From Lama glama (taxonomy: Eukaryota): a stretch of 64,000 nt of DNA. The DNA lies in the NCBI GenBank assembly GCA_028534125.1, contig CM052816.1:12836001-12900000 (forward strand), written 5' to 3'. The position numbers and the translations under genes are program-made. Below the pieces are notes generated by a model. The model was not told the DNA's origin, searched no databases, and saw only the letters and a list, made by a program, of their open reading frames with translations. This document shows positions 39,513 to 49,860 of the stretch, piece after piece (within the stretch, counting starts at the first letter, position 1; each line of letters begins with the position of its first letter).

Positions 39513-40110
39513 TGTGTGTCCGATAGTCCTCAGGTGACCCCTCATGGTTTCCCGCTCCTGAAGTCCGTGCCTGGGTGGAATCCCCCTCCTTTGAGTACGG
39601 GCTGGCGTGTGACTGGCTTCTGACTAATAGAATATGACAACAATGGGTGGATGTCACTCTCATTACATTTGATTATGTAAGACTCTGGCTTAGCTGACTG
39701 AGAAACTCTCCATGAGATCTGGAGAAAATAAGGGGACATATTGGAGGAAGTCACATAGCAAGGAACTGTGGTGGCCTTTATGACCTGTGGGTAGCATCTA
39801 GGACCTGCAGACAGTCTCAGCGAGTAGCCAGCTAAAAGCTCAGGTCAGGATATGAATTCTGCAAATAACCTGAATGAACTTGAAAGCAGATCCCCCCCCC
39901 ACCACCAGATGAGCCTCCAGATGAAAATACAGTCCGGCTGAGACCTTAACTGCAGCTTGTGGAACCCTAGGCAGTAAATGCCAAACAGTGTCCACACTCC
40001 TGACCCAGGGAAACTATGAGATAATGTGTGTGTGTGTGTGTGTGTGTGTGTGTTGTTTTAAGCTGCTAAATTTCTGGTAATTTATTATTCAGCAACAGAA
40101 AACAAAGACA
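39513..40110 (+). mobile_element. MLT1E-type MaLR LTR containing (TG)n at about 40025-40052
   Basis: 'tccccctcctttgagtacgggctgg...gactggcttctgactaatagaatatg...gcaaggaactg...gagcctccagatgaaaatacag...tgttgttttaagctgctaaatttctggtaattt'. Confidence 0.88.
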
Positions 40111-40803
40111 CTCCACTAATTTTTCCCAGTATGCAGATATGAGGGTTTTTATAAGTGACACATGGATCATGTATAGCTACAAAATCAGGAAACAAAGGAA
40201 ATATTTCCAAATACCAATTTTCCGAATACTCTACCCAAAACAAGACTTTCTTTTCTAAAAGCCCACTTTTACAAAAGTGGGTATAGCCTCTACTGTAATT
40301 TAAAAGTCTTGATTTTTTAAGGTTTTAAATTTAATTTTTGAAATGCATCACATCAGTGTAGCCATTTGAGCTTTTGTGGATTTGACTTTTTGACTGTATT
40401 AGCTTGCTTGTGAATGATGGGATGAGTGAATTTCAACTTGAGAATTTTATATGTACATTAGCCTAGACATTTTTTAAAAGTTGTTAATCAGAGGAGTCCC
40501 TCTATCAGTAAATATATGTAAATACTTCCTTCATAGAGTTTGTTTTAATTATAGAATTTATTTACTCTCAAAAATATATCCTCTTTGGTTATCTTTAATT
40601 TAGTGACACATCCAAAAAGGCACTTCTTCATGCTGTTTACTATCAAAACCTAATCTAGCAAATAGCATACATTAAGACACCTAGAAAAATCTATATGTTC
40701 ATCTTGGCTGTAGGACAAAACTCCTAACATATATCATCTGTTATAGAAGCTATTTCTGTCAATCTTCAGCAATACATTCTATTTTCCAAAAGTGTTTTGC
40801 TAC

Positions 40804-41580
40804 TGTGGTATAATAAAAGTATACATATTTGGTCTTTGTCCCTGGTTGATAGAACAGAGTTCCTAAAACTCTTGAAATTCCCTGAATGGCAGGAGTTTTT
40901 TTTTTAATTCATTTATAATAATCCCTTTTCTTACCACACCTGAATTTATGCTAGTGGGGTGACCAAAGGCAGGACCCTTAGGTAGCTGCAAGATGGGAAC
41001 CGTTCACTAGAAAGACCAAGCATGTAGTTAAATGGACTGTTCAGCCCTACACCTTGACCTCCAGGAAAGAGAAGAGGAAACTGGAGATTGAATTCAATCA
41101 CCAATGGCTAATGATTTAATAAGCCATGCCTACATAATGAAACTTGAATGGTGAGGTTCAGCGTGCTTCTGGGTTGGTGAAAACATCACCGTGCTAAAAG
41201 AGTGACCTGCCTCGTGAGGGCGTGGAAGCTCTGCACCCCACCCCCATCTCTTCTGTCCAGATGATCCTGAACTTCATCCTTCTGCCCCACACTTGCCCTA
41301 TAGATCTCTTCCATTTGGCTATTTCTGAGTTGTATCCTTTATAGTAAAATGGTAAATGTAAGTAAGATGTTTTCCTGAGTTCTATGAGTCATTCTAGTGA
41401 ATTATCAAACCTTGGGAAGGCTGTGGGAACCCCTGAATTTGTAGTCAGCCAGGCAGAATACAGGTAGCACAGGAGCCCTGTTTGTGGCCAGTGTCTAAAG
41501 CAATCTTGTGGACTGAGCCCTTAACCTGTGCAGTTGGTGCCTGAGTAGTTAGTGTCAGAATGAAATGGAATTGTAGGACT
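40804..41580 (+). mobile_element. MER21C-like LTR
   Basis: 'atatttggtctttgtccctgg...cctaaaactcttgaaattccctg...ctagaaagaccaagcatg...ctggagattgaattcaatcaccaatggc...gaattgtagga'. Confidence 0.85.
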
Positions 41581-41814
41581 ACAATATACCCACATAACTA
41601 CCTATAAATGAATGAGCATATTTCTCAGTATCATTGCCAGCCAATACTGAGTGAGATAATTCGGCAACTTAACATTTTTCTAAAATAAAGTTTAGGAAAA
41701 TAGTCCTAGTTACCTAGAGATCGTAGTATGCTAAATATGAGGAGATACAAGGAGAAATTTCCATTCCTGTAGGTGATAGGGGTTAGGTTCCTGAAAGGCT
41801 TCCTCACTAATTTC

Positions 41815-42262
41815 AAAAATATACTATTAAGCCGTTACTCTGTTCTTGACTTTGTGCTGGATGCTGGCTACACAATGTTGAATGGGACAAGTACGTTCAG
41901 AGGGCTTTCTCTCCCTTTCTTATTCTCATCAAGGAAAGAAACAAAGGGCTGAACAGAGAAAGAGCAAAATCTGCTTTAGGGAGAGTGGCCTTGAAAGCCT
42001 TCTTTGGGGAGATAGCATTTATACTGAGACCTTGAAGAAGGGAAGTGGCCACGCGATGCAGAAGTTCAGGGAACAGCATGGACAAAAATCACATGGTTGG
42101 AAAGAGCTGAGCGTGTCTGGAGTACACCAGCGTAGTTATAGCGAGCTAGGTGAGGGAGGAGGAGAATTTTGTCAGAGGAGACTGAAGGAGCAAGCAGGGA
42201 GTAGACTGTTCGGGGCCGGGTAATTCATTTTACGTGTAATTGGAAGCCACTGGAAGCTGATT
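41815..42262 (-). mobile_element. L2 fragment
   Basis: 'tgtgctggatgctgg...gaccttgaagaaggg...gggaacagcatggacaaa...tggaagccactggaag'. Confidence 0.7.
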
Positions 42263-42287
42263 TCATTTTTAAAATAGATTTTTTTTT

Positions 42288-42787
42288 NNNNNNNNNNNNN
42301 NNNNNNNNNNNNNNNNNNNNNNNNNNNNNNNNNNNNNNNNNNNNNNNNNNNNNNNNNNNNNNNNNNNNNNNNNNNNNNNNNNNNNNNNNNNNNNNNNNNN
42401 NNNNNNNNNNNNNNNNNNNNNNNNNNNNNNNNNNNNNNNNNNNNNNNNNNNNNNNNNNNNNNNNNNNNNNNNNNNNNNNNNNNNNNNNNNNNNNNNNNNN
42501 NNNNNNNNNNNNNNNNNNNNNNNNNNNNNNNNNNNNNNNNNNNNNNNNNNNNNNNNNNNNNNNNNNNNNNNNNNNNNNNNNNNNNNNNNNNNNNNNNNNN
42601 NNNNNNNNNNNNNNNNNNNNNNNNNNNNNNNNNNNNNNNNNNNNNNNNNNNNNNNNNNNNNNNNNNNNNNNNNNNNNNNNNNNNNNNNNNNNNNNNNNNN
42701 NNNNNNNNNNNNNNNNNNNNNNNNNNNNNNNNNNNNNNNNNNNNNNNNNNNNNNNNNNNNNNNNNNNNNNNNNNNNNNNNNNNNNNN
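42288..42787. other. Assembly gap (500 N)
   Basis: Run of 500 N preceded by a poly-T run. Confidence 0.99.
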
Positions 42788-43429
42788 TGACCTTTACAAA
42801 AGCTCAGTTGACCAAATGTTTACCTAAGATACTGCCTTACAAGTTCTTATAGTTGGGTCCAGGTTGAAGTATTGATTTAGAAATTGCCTCCCCAGTTAAC
42901 AACTCCCTTTCCTCCCCCAGTTGCTGTCAATTCGGAGAAAAAGGAGGAGCAGAGTTTTTCACACACACAAGGGAATCCTTCTCTGGAGTGGAAATGGCGC
43001 CACTGTTTGACCCTACTCATTGATTTCTGTGAACTTTTCCTCCACTCTTAATGTGAGTTTTAGCTGGGATTTGACATAGTGGAAGCACACTCTGAAACTT
43101 TGTTAGCAAAAGAAGAACAAAGCTGTCAACTGAGGTCTTGAGTTGGGTGTAAGGGCTTCCTCGGGACTGAGCGGGCTGCCTGACTCCAGTCTCAATGGAT
43201 CGAGCTCCTCTCTGGGTTTCGTGGCCACTAGAACTCATTCCCTGCAGATCTGTCCAATTCTAGTCCTCACACTCCTTGATGATCCAACAGGCCAGTCCTC
43301 ACTTCTCTACCTGTACCCATATTGTTGCCTTTTTGTCTCCACCCTGCTCACTTACTCAAATTTGTCTGCCAGCTTTTCTAACGCCAACCATGATCTCACC
43401 TTCTGCACAAACTCTTGCCTGATTTTTGT

Positions 43430-43660
43430 ACTAAGGGTACAAACTTTGGGGTTCAGAAGGCCTGAGTTCAAATCTCAGACTCCACTTACTGTGTGCCATT
43501 GAGTAAGTTGTTTAACTTCTCTGAGCATCATTATCTTCATCTGTAATATTGTGAATAATCAGATCTATCTCAGAAATTGTTATAAGAATTAAGTGAAATA
43601 GCACATGTAGAACAATTTGCTCAGGGTCTATAAGCTTTGCATATAGCAAGTGATTATTAA
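43430..43660 (+). mobile_element. MIR SINE
   Basis: 'cctgagttcaaatctcagactccacttactgtgtgccattgagtaagttgtttaacttctctgagc...catctgtaa'. Confidence 0.85.
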
Positions 43661-43790
43661 ACATTATTTACCTTCTGTGATTCCCACTAAGAGGCCTTTA
43701 TTCTAAGTTGTCCTCTCAAAAGGATGTGAAAGATTCGTAATATTTATTTGGGTGTGAGCTGATAGGATGGGAATGGTCTTAGAAGACAGT

Positions 43791-44243
43791 CTGTGGTAAC
43801 TTGCCTCCAAGAGGGCCACCCTCCACCCCTTCATTCCTATACCACATGCCACTCCACCATCTAAAGGTGACATCTCTTCCTCCCCAAGCCCTTCAGACCT
43901 AGCTAGTCTTACTGATTTATTCAACAAACAAAATGCAGTAAAAGTGACATACTGGAACTAACAAGGAGAGGGTCGGTGGAGCCTTACAGCTTCCTCCCAG
44001 CTCTCCTACAGCTCTTGCTCTTGGAACAATCACTCTAGAAGTTGACATTATGTAAGAAATCTACTTATTCTTAAACTACTGTGCTGTAAGAGGCCAAAGC
44101 CACTTGGAGAAGCTCAGGACAAGAGGAAAACACGAGACTTGTGAAGAGAGGCAGATACACCAGGGAGTACGGTGACTCCACTGTTGAGTAAAGACCCATC
44201 TTGGAAGTGAGTCCCTCAGAGCCGGCTCCCCTAACTGATACTG
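43791..44243 (+). mobile_element. MLT1F/G-type MaLR LTR, 3'-truncated
   Basis: 'tgtggtaacttgcctccaagagggcc...caaaatgcagtaaaagtgacat...cttacagcttcc...ccatcttggaagtg'. Confidence 0.65.
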
Positions 44244-44998
44244 TGTGAGACCTGAAACCTTAAGACTCCTGGAAGAAAACAGGGAAAGCTCCTTGACATT
44301 GGACTTGCAAGTGATTTTTTTGGATATGACACCAAAAGCACAGACAATTACAGCAAAAATAGACAAATGGGACTACATGAAATTTAAAAATTTATGTACA
44401 GAAAAAGAAACAACAGAATGAAAAGGTAACCTACGGAATGGGAGAAAATATTTCCAAACCATCTGATAATGGGTTAATATACAAAACATACAAGTTAACA
44501 TATAAGTTAACTCCACAGCAAAAAAAAAAAAAAATCCAATTTTTAAAATGCACAAAGAATCTGAATAGATACTTTTTCCAAAGGACACATACAAGTGGCC
44601 AACAGTTATATGAAACGATGCTCGGGATTACTAATTATCAGGGAAATGCAAATCAAAACAGCAATGAGGTATCACCTCACACCATTAGAGTGGGAATTAT
44701 CAAAAAGACAGACAATAACAAGTGTTGGCAAGGATGTGGAGAACAGGGGATCCTTGTACTCTGTGGCAGGAGTGTGAATTGGCACAGCCACCAGGGAAAA
44801 CAGCAGGAAGGTTTCTTAAAAAGAGAACTACCACATGATGCTGCAATACCACTGCTGGGCGTACACCCATAGGAAATAAGATTAGTATCTTGACAAGATG
44901 CCTGCACCCCCATGTTCACGGCAGCATTATTCATGAAAGCGAAGATATGGAAACAACCTATGTGTCTGCCAGTGGATAAATGGATAAAGAAAATGTGA
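44244..44998 (+). mobile_element. L1 ORF2 C-terminal fragment (frameshifted)
   Basis: Translations 'MKRCSGLLIIREMQIKTAMRYHLTP' and 'NKCWQGCGEQGILVLCGRSVNWHS' are typical of the L1 ORF2p cysteine-rich C-terminus. Confidence 0.93.
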
Positions 44999-45649
44999 AT
45001 AAAGAAATGTAATTAAGGATATGTATCTATCTTTAGAAAATCTAGCTTAACTTCAGCCAGTTAATTTGTACCACAACATCCAGGCAATATTTACTTACAC
45101 TGACGATACTTGTTCTCACGGACAATTATTTTTCCAATCAGAACAAGGGGCACTGAGTCATTGGGAGGTAATCCAATTGCTGATCGGTTGAAATCACAAT
45201 ACTCACTTCATCAGGGGCAGGCTGTCATTTTAAGGGTGATACTGAAGTAAGAAGTTTCCACTTGTTATTCACACTTCGTGCCAGATTTGGACTGTCTTTA
45301 TTTGCACCCAGATGGCAGATTCCTACGATTATTACATCATGGTGTTGGCTGATGACAAGAGTGAAAAGGCTACACGATGCTACATGGTATTCTTAGGCTC
45401 TTACTGGCTTGTTGCGCCCTGTGAGCACTACTCTACAGCACTTTCCAACAGTCTACTGCATCTCCCCAAGTCCACGGCCAGGATCAGGAGCCCCCTAGGC
45501 CAGATGGCCTCCCAGTTCACTGGCATCATAGGGCCGTTACATCGTCATCTTGTCTTGAAGGTCCTACAAGGTTAAGGAGGAAGGAACCTGCTATTCAAAG
45601 ACTGGAACAGGATTATGTCTTAGAATATGGAGAATATAGGTCCCAAAGG

Positions 45650-45985
45650 TGATATTCATTCACTCTGCAAGTATTTACCGAGGCTCAACCAAGTGCCAGG
45701 CACCATACTAGGTGCTGCGGAGATACACAGTCAACAAGCTCGAGTTTACGCAAACAACCACACACGATTGTTAAGGAAGACAGACTCTTCAACACGTCAC
45801 TCAAAGAACCTTTAGGTAAGTGCTGTGAAGAGGAAGTAGAGGGTGTGAACCATTAACCAGGGAATTAAAACTGAGGGTCCAGGAATGTCTCTCTGAGAAA
45901 AGAGCATCTAATCTGTGTCTTAGAGGTTGAGTAGGAATTAGCCAAGAGAGGGTGAAAGAGCACGTGCAAAGGCCAGGCCTGGCCC
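45650..45985 (-). mobile_element. L2 fragment
   Basis: 'attcattcactctgcaagtatttaccgagg...gtgccaggcaccatactaggtgctg...gagcacgtgcaaaggcc'. Confidence 0.75.
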
Positions 45986-46429
45986 TTCCCTGGATGTTGG
46001 ACAAGAGTGCAGATGGAGGGCCCAGGCCCAAAGTCCACACCTCTTCCTTTTTTTTTTTCTTGCTTCTCTTCTGTACTGGGAGGGGATTTAACTTCTGTGT
46101 GTGGACACCCATCCTAAACATTCAAGCTCTGTACCCATCACAAAGAGAACAGCCTCCCAGAGGAATGCACTCTGGGACATGGTGTACCCCAGTGATGGCA
46201 AACTCTGAAAAGAGACCTGTAAAACAGGCTGTAAAAGCTGGGTCCCAGGCCCCCAGAGAGTGGCCTAGAGATGGCTGCATGGCTGGTGCTTTGTGGACTC
46301 CTCGTCTCGTTGTGGAAAGCCAGGAAAGAGCCAGAGTGGGTCTTTATAAACTTCAGAACTGGCAGGACCCTGATTGCCAGGCCTTTGGATGGTACTAGCC
46401 CAAGGCCACAGCAGGACATCTTCACCTGC

Positions 46430-46586
46430 AGACTTGATGACTTAGAAGTCTGGAGATGCCTCAGCGAGCCCTCTTGGAAGCCGATTCAAGATTGTGTGTG
46501 AGCCTATACACATGTGCGTGTTTCTGGGAGGTGCTTCACGGCTTCATGAAGAAATCCGTAACTCCCCGGATGTTAACAACCACTGT
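46430..46586. mobile_element. MER117-like hAT-Charlie element
   Basis: 'tgtgcgtgtttctgggaggtgcttcacggcttcatg...gttaacaaccactg'. Confidence 0.45.
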
Positions 46587-47035
46587 AACATTGAAAGGTG
46601 TTCCAGATGGCTGTGAGGTCTCTGAGCTCAGAGCCACCATAATTCTCAGACAACCTCTACTCATGAAGCTGGCTGTCTCACCTGGGCCTGGCTGTAAAGA
46701 GCCCAGAAGAAAGAGGCTGGATACAGAAATATTTTGAACAATCATTGAAATCCCACTTGTGTGTTCTGCATACTCATATATGACTTCTAAATAATTTGGA
46801 AAAGCCATACATCAGTGCAGTGGAGAACGTAGCTAGCCTTCTTCTGAAGCACAAAACTTCTCAGCAGCTAGGAAAGGCTGTCCCCAGTGTTTTATTCCTT
46901 AACCAGCAATCTAGAAAGAAACCATTTTAGGGAAAAAAATTAAAAGATGGTGATGGGGACACAGCAGAGTTGTGGAATGTAATATCAGGGCATCTGTTTC
47001 ACTTCATAATTTCTTTAGTGACAGAAAATGGTTTT

Positions 47036-47579
47036 CTTTAACATTTTTTTTGATTTATAATCGTTTTACAATGTTGTGTCAAATTCCAGTGTAGAGCACA
47101 ATTTTTCAGTCATACATGAACATATATATATTCGTTGTCACATTTTTTTCTCTGTGAGCTACCATAAGATCTTGTGTATATTTCCCTGTGCTTTACAGTG
47201 TAATCTTGTTTATCTATTCTACAATTTTAAAATCCCGTCTATCCCTTCCCACCCTTCACCCCCTTGGCAACCACAAGTTTGTATTCTATGTCTATGAGTC
47301 TATTTCTGTTTTGTATTTATGCTTTTTTTTGTTTTTGCTTTTTAGATTCCACATATGAGCGATCTCATATGGTATTTTTCTTTCTCTTTCTGGCTTACTT
47401 CACTTAGAATGACATTCTCTAGGAGCATCCATGTTGCTGCAAATGGCGTTATGTTGTCGGTTTTTATGGCTGAGTAGTATTCCATCGTATAAATATACCA
47501 CACCTTCTTTATCCAGTCACCTGTTGATGGACATTCAGGCTGTTTCCATGTCTTGGCTATTTGAAATAGTGCTGCTATG
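47036..47579 (-). mobile_element. Young 5'-truncated L1
   Basis: Antisense 3'UTR and ORF2 end ('ttagattccacatatgagcgatctcatatggtatttttctttctctttctggcttacttcacttagaatg'). TSD-like AGAAAATGGTTTT (47023) and AGAAAACGTTTT (47580). Confidence 0.92.
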
Positions 47580-47939
47580 AGAAAACGTTTTAAAATATCT
47601 TTTTTGAGTTCCTTTTGCTGCTGGGAAATAGTGCTTCCTTCCCTCCCTTGATTCTTTTCAAGGGGCCGCTTGGGGTTGTCTTCCTCAATTTTATCTGAGT
47701 TGAAGTTATTTCATAAAATTAAGAGATTATGAGATTGTTCCAAAGAGCCAAAGTGGCTTTGGGTTTTAGAGTTGGATTATCCTACATGGATGCTAAGACG
47801 GTGCAGTAATTCCTGAGAATAGTTGGGGAGGGGGTGGTTCTCTGACAAGTAGCTATTTTGGCCCAAAGAGAGTCATTCTTATCACTGTGTCTTAGTCTGC
47901 CCACCACCACTGTTTCTAAGGCAGGTCCTCAGGACAGAG

Positions 47940-48110
47940 TTAATGTTTATTGAGTGTTTATTACGTGTCAACCCTTGACTAAGCCCTTTACACATGTTAA
48001 CTCTCTAATTCACAGATGAGAAAAGCGAAGTTCAAAGAGGTTCCATGACCTAGATGGTAAGGGGTGGAATGAATATTTGAACGCAGGTCTAATTGACTCT
48101 GAAGTCACTG
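47940..48110 (-). mobile_element. MIR SINE
   Basis: 'aatgtttattgagtgttta...cacagatgagaaaagcgaagttcaaagaggtt...atttgaacgcaggtct'. Confidence 0.75.
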
Positions 48111-48649
48111 CTCTCCATCTCCGTGGGGATTGCAGAAGAAAGAGGCCCTCTTTTAAAAAGGCAGACTCAGGCGAGCATAAATTCATACAGTGCTCGCAGT
48201 GTACATGAGCGCGCAGGAGACAGGAAACGGGCTAATGAGTACCAGATGGGGCTCACAAGAAAGAGCTTCATGTGCAGTCCTGCCGTGGGTGGACGCCAAG
48301 TTTCTGCCTGAATGCACATCCTTGCTCCTTATTGCTCTGCCCCACACTGAGTCTCCTTCGGGAAACATCTGCCCAGAGCAGTTTTCAGGTAGGGATGAAG
48401 TTGGTGGTTTTTTTGTTTTTTGTTTTTTGTTTTTTTCCTGCTCAGGCGTCACAGGAAGCAATGGCTCCTTGTGTTCTCAGGAGTACACTATGATCCTCAG
48501 ATGGGCCTATCTGACAGATGACCATTCTTAAGAAAGATGAAGTGGACAATATCGGGCTGCAAGAATCCTATTAGGATAACATTTAACAACCTTTGACTTC
48601 ATTGGTCTCAAGAGAAAGGCGGCTTTGGGATAGTAGCTAATTACAATGA

Positions 48650-48875
48650 TGATGACTGGCATTTGTCGACCTTCATGTCAAGATGTTTTAGGCACCTTAT
48701 GTGCCAGCCATTCCGGGAATCTGCAAAACAGCCCCAGGGAGTGGCTTCGGGTATCCCTGTTTCAGGAATTAGGACGCTGAAGCTAAGGGGGTTAAGTGGC
48801 TGCCGGCCCAAGGTCAAACGCTAGGAAGCGGCAGGGCTGAGGTTGGAAGCCAGAGCTTCTCAACTTGCAGAGCCC
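48650..48875 (-). mobile_element. MIR SINE
   Basis: 'tccctgtttcaggaattaggacgctgaagctaagggggttaagtggc...cccaaggtcaaacgctaggaagcggcagggctg'. Confidence 0.75.
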
Positions 48876-49439
48876 CCGCCTTGAGCACAGGCTGCTTTGT
48901 GATATCTAGTTCCTGACTGTTCGAAACTAACAGTCTTTCCTGATGAAATCACAAGGCAAGGGGATCACTTTGGAAAATGGAAACATGGGACCTCAAGGAG
49001 ATGCCTATCACCTAAATTTCACCTGGTTCTTTTTTTTAAGTATTGCCCCAAATTTACCGAGAAAATACATAAGCCCCTAAGAACAAATCTACGCTGTTAT
49101 TCATGGAGGATGATGCTCAAGGGAATTACTGAGTGGAAGTGGGGGAATGATAGGTTTTAAAATGAGCCACTAGGTCTCTGGTTTTACTTGTTCATAACAT
49201 TAAGGGCTGTCACTGATGCTAAAGCAGTGGTCCGACACCGGCATCCCACAGTCATCCCTCGAAGAAGAAAAGAAAGAGCAGCAGAAGTGAAGATCTCTCC
49301 CCTCCTCTCCCGCCTCCACCCCGTGGCACGTTTCCCATTGGCATTCCTCCAGTCTATCTGCAAGAGAAATCTCTAGAAATCCTTGAAAATCCCCAGCCCA
49401 GAATCTTGGTATATTCAGTTTGTCAGCCCATCACTGAAG

Positions 49440-49860
49440 AAGTATTTCCGTGCTGGGCGCTCGGCAAGGCACTTTGGGGACACGCAAAACAGCATCCCCA
49501 TGATTTTCATGCATTTTCCGCTAATACGGTTCTATTCTCACCATAGCCTTTTGAGTTACTGTTGTGTGACCCCTTTTCCAGAGGGGGAAACTGAGGCTCA
49601 GAGAACATAAACCACGAGCTTACGGTGACAACCTAGTAAGTGGCAGACCTGAGGATAGAAACCCGGTCTGTGTGCCCTCAGCTGTCTGCATGCCTGCCAA
49701 CCACGCTCTGTGGCTTACTGTGTGTCCATCACATACCTGAATGCACTTAGGTATCACTCCTCCAAAAGAAAGTGCCTCCAAGATAAGGAAAATGGGACTC
49801 AAAGAGGTTGCTTAGCAACTGGATCCTAACTGCAGATGGATCTGACGTCAAAGCCGTTCT
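49440..49860 (-). mobile_element. MIR fragments
   Basis: 'ccccttttccagagggggaaactgaggctcagagaa...ggtgacaacctagtaagtggcagacctgagg' and 'gataaggaaaatgggactcaaagaggtt'. Confidence 0.7.

Noticed and set aside
44438..44872. ORFs resembling a retroelement protein
   Set aside because: Frameshifted L1 ORF2 remnant; not a functional gene.
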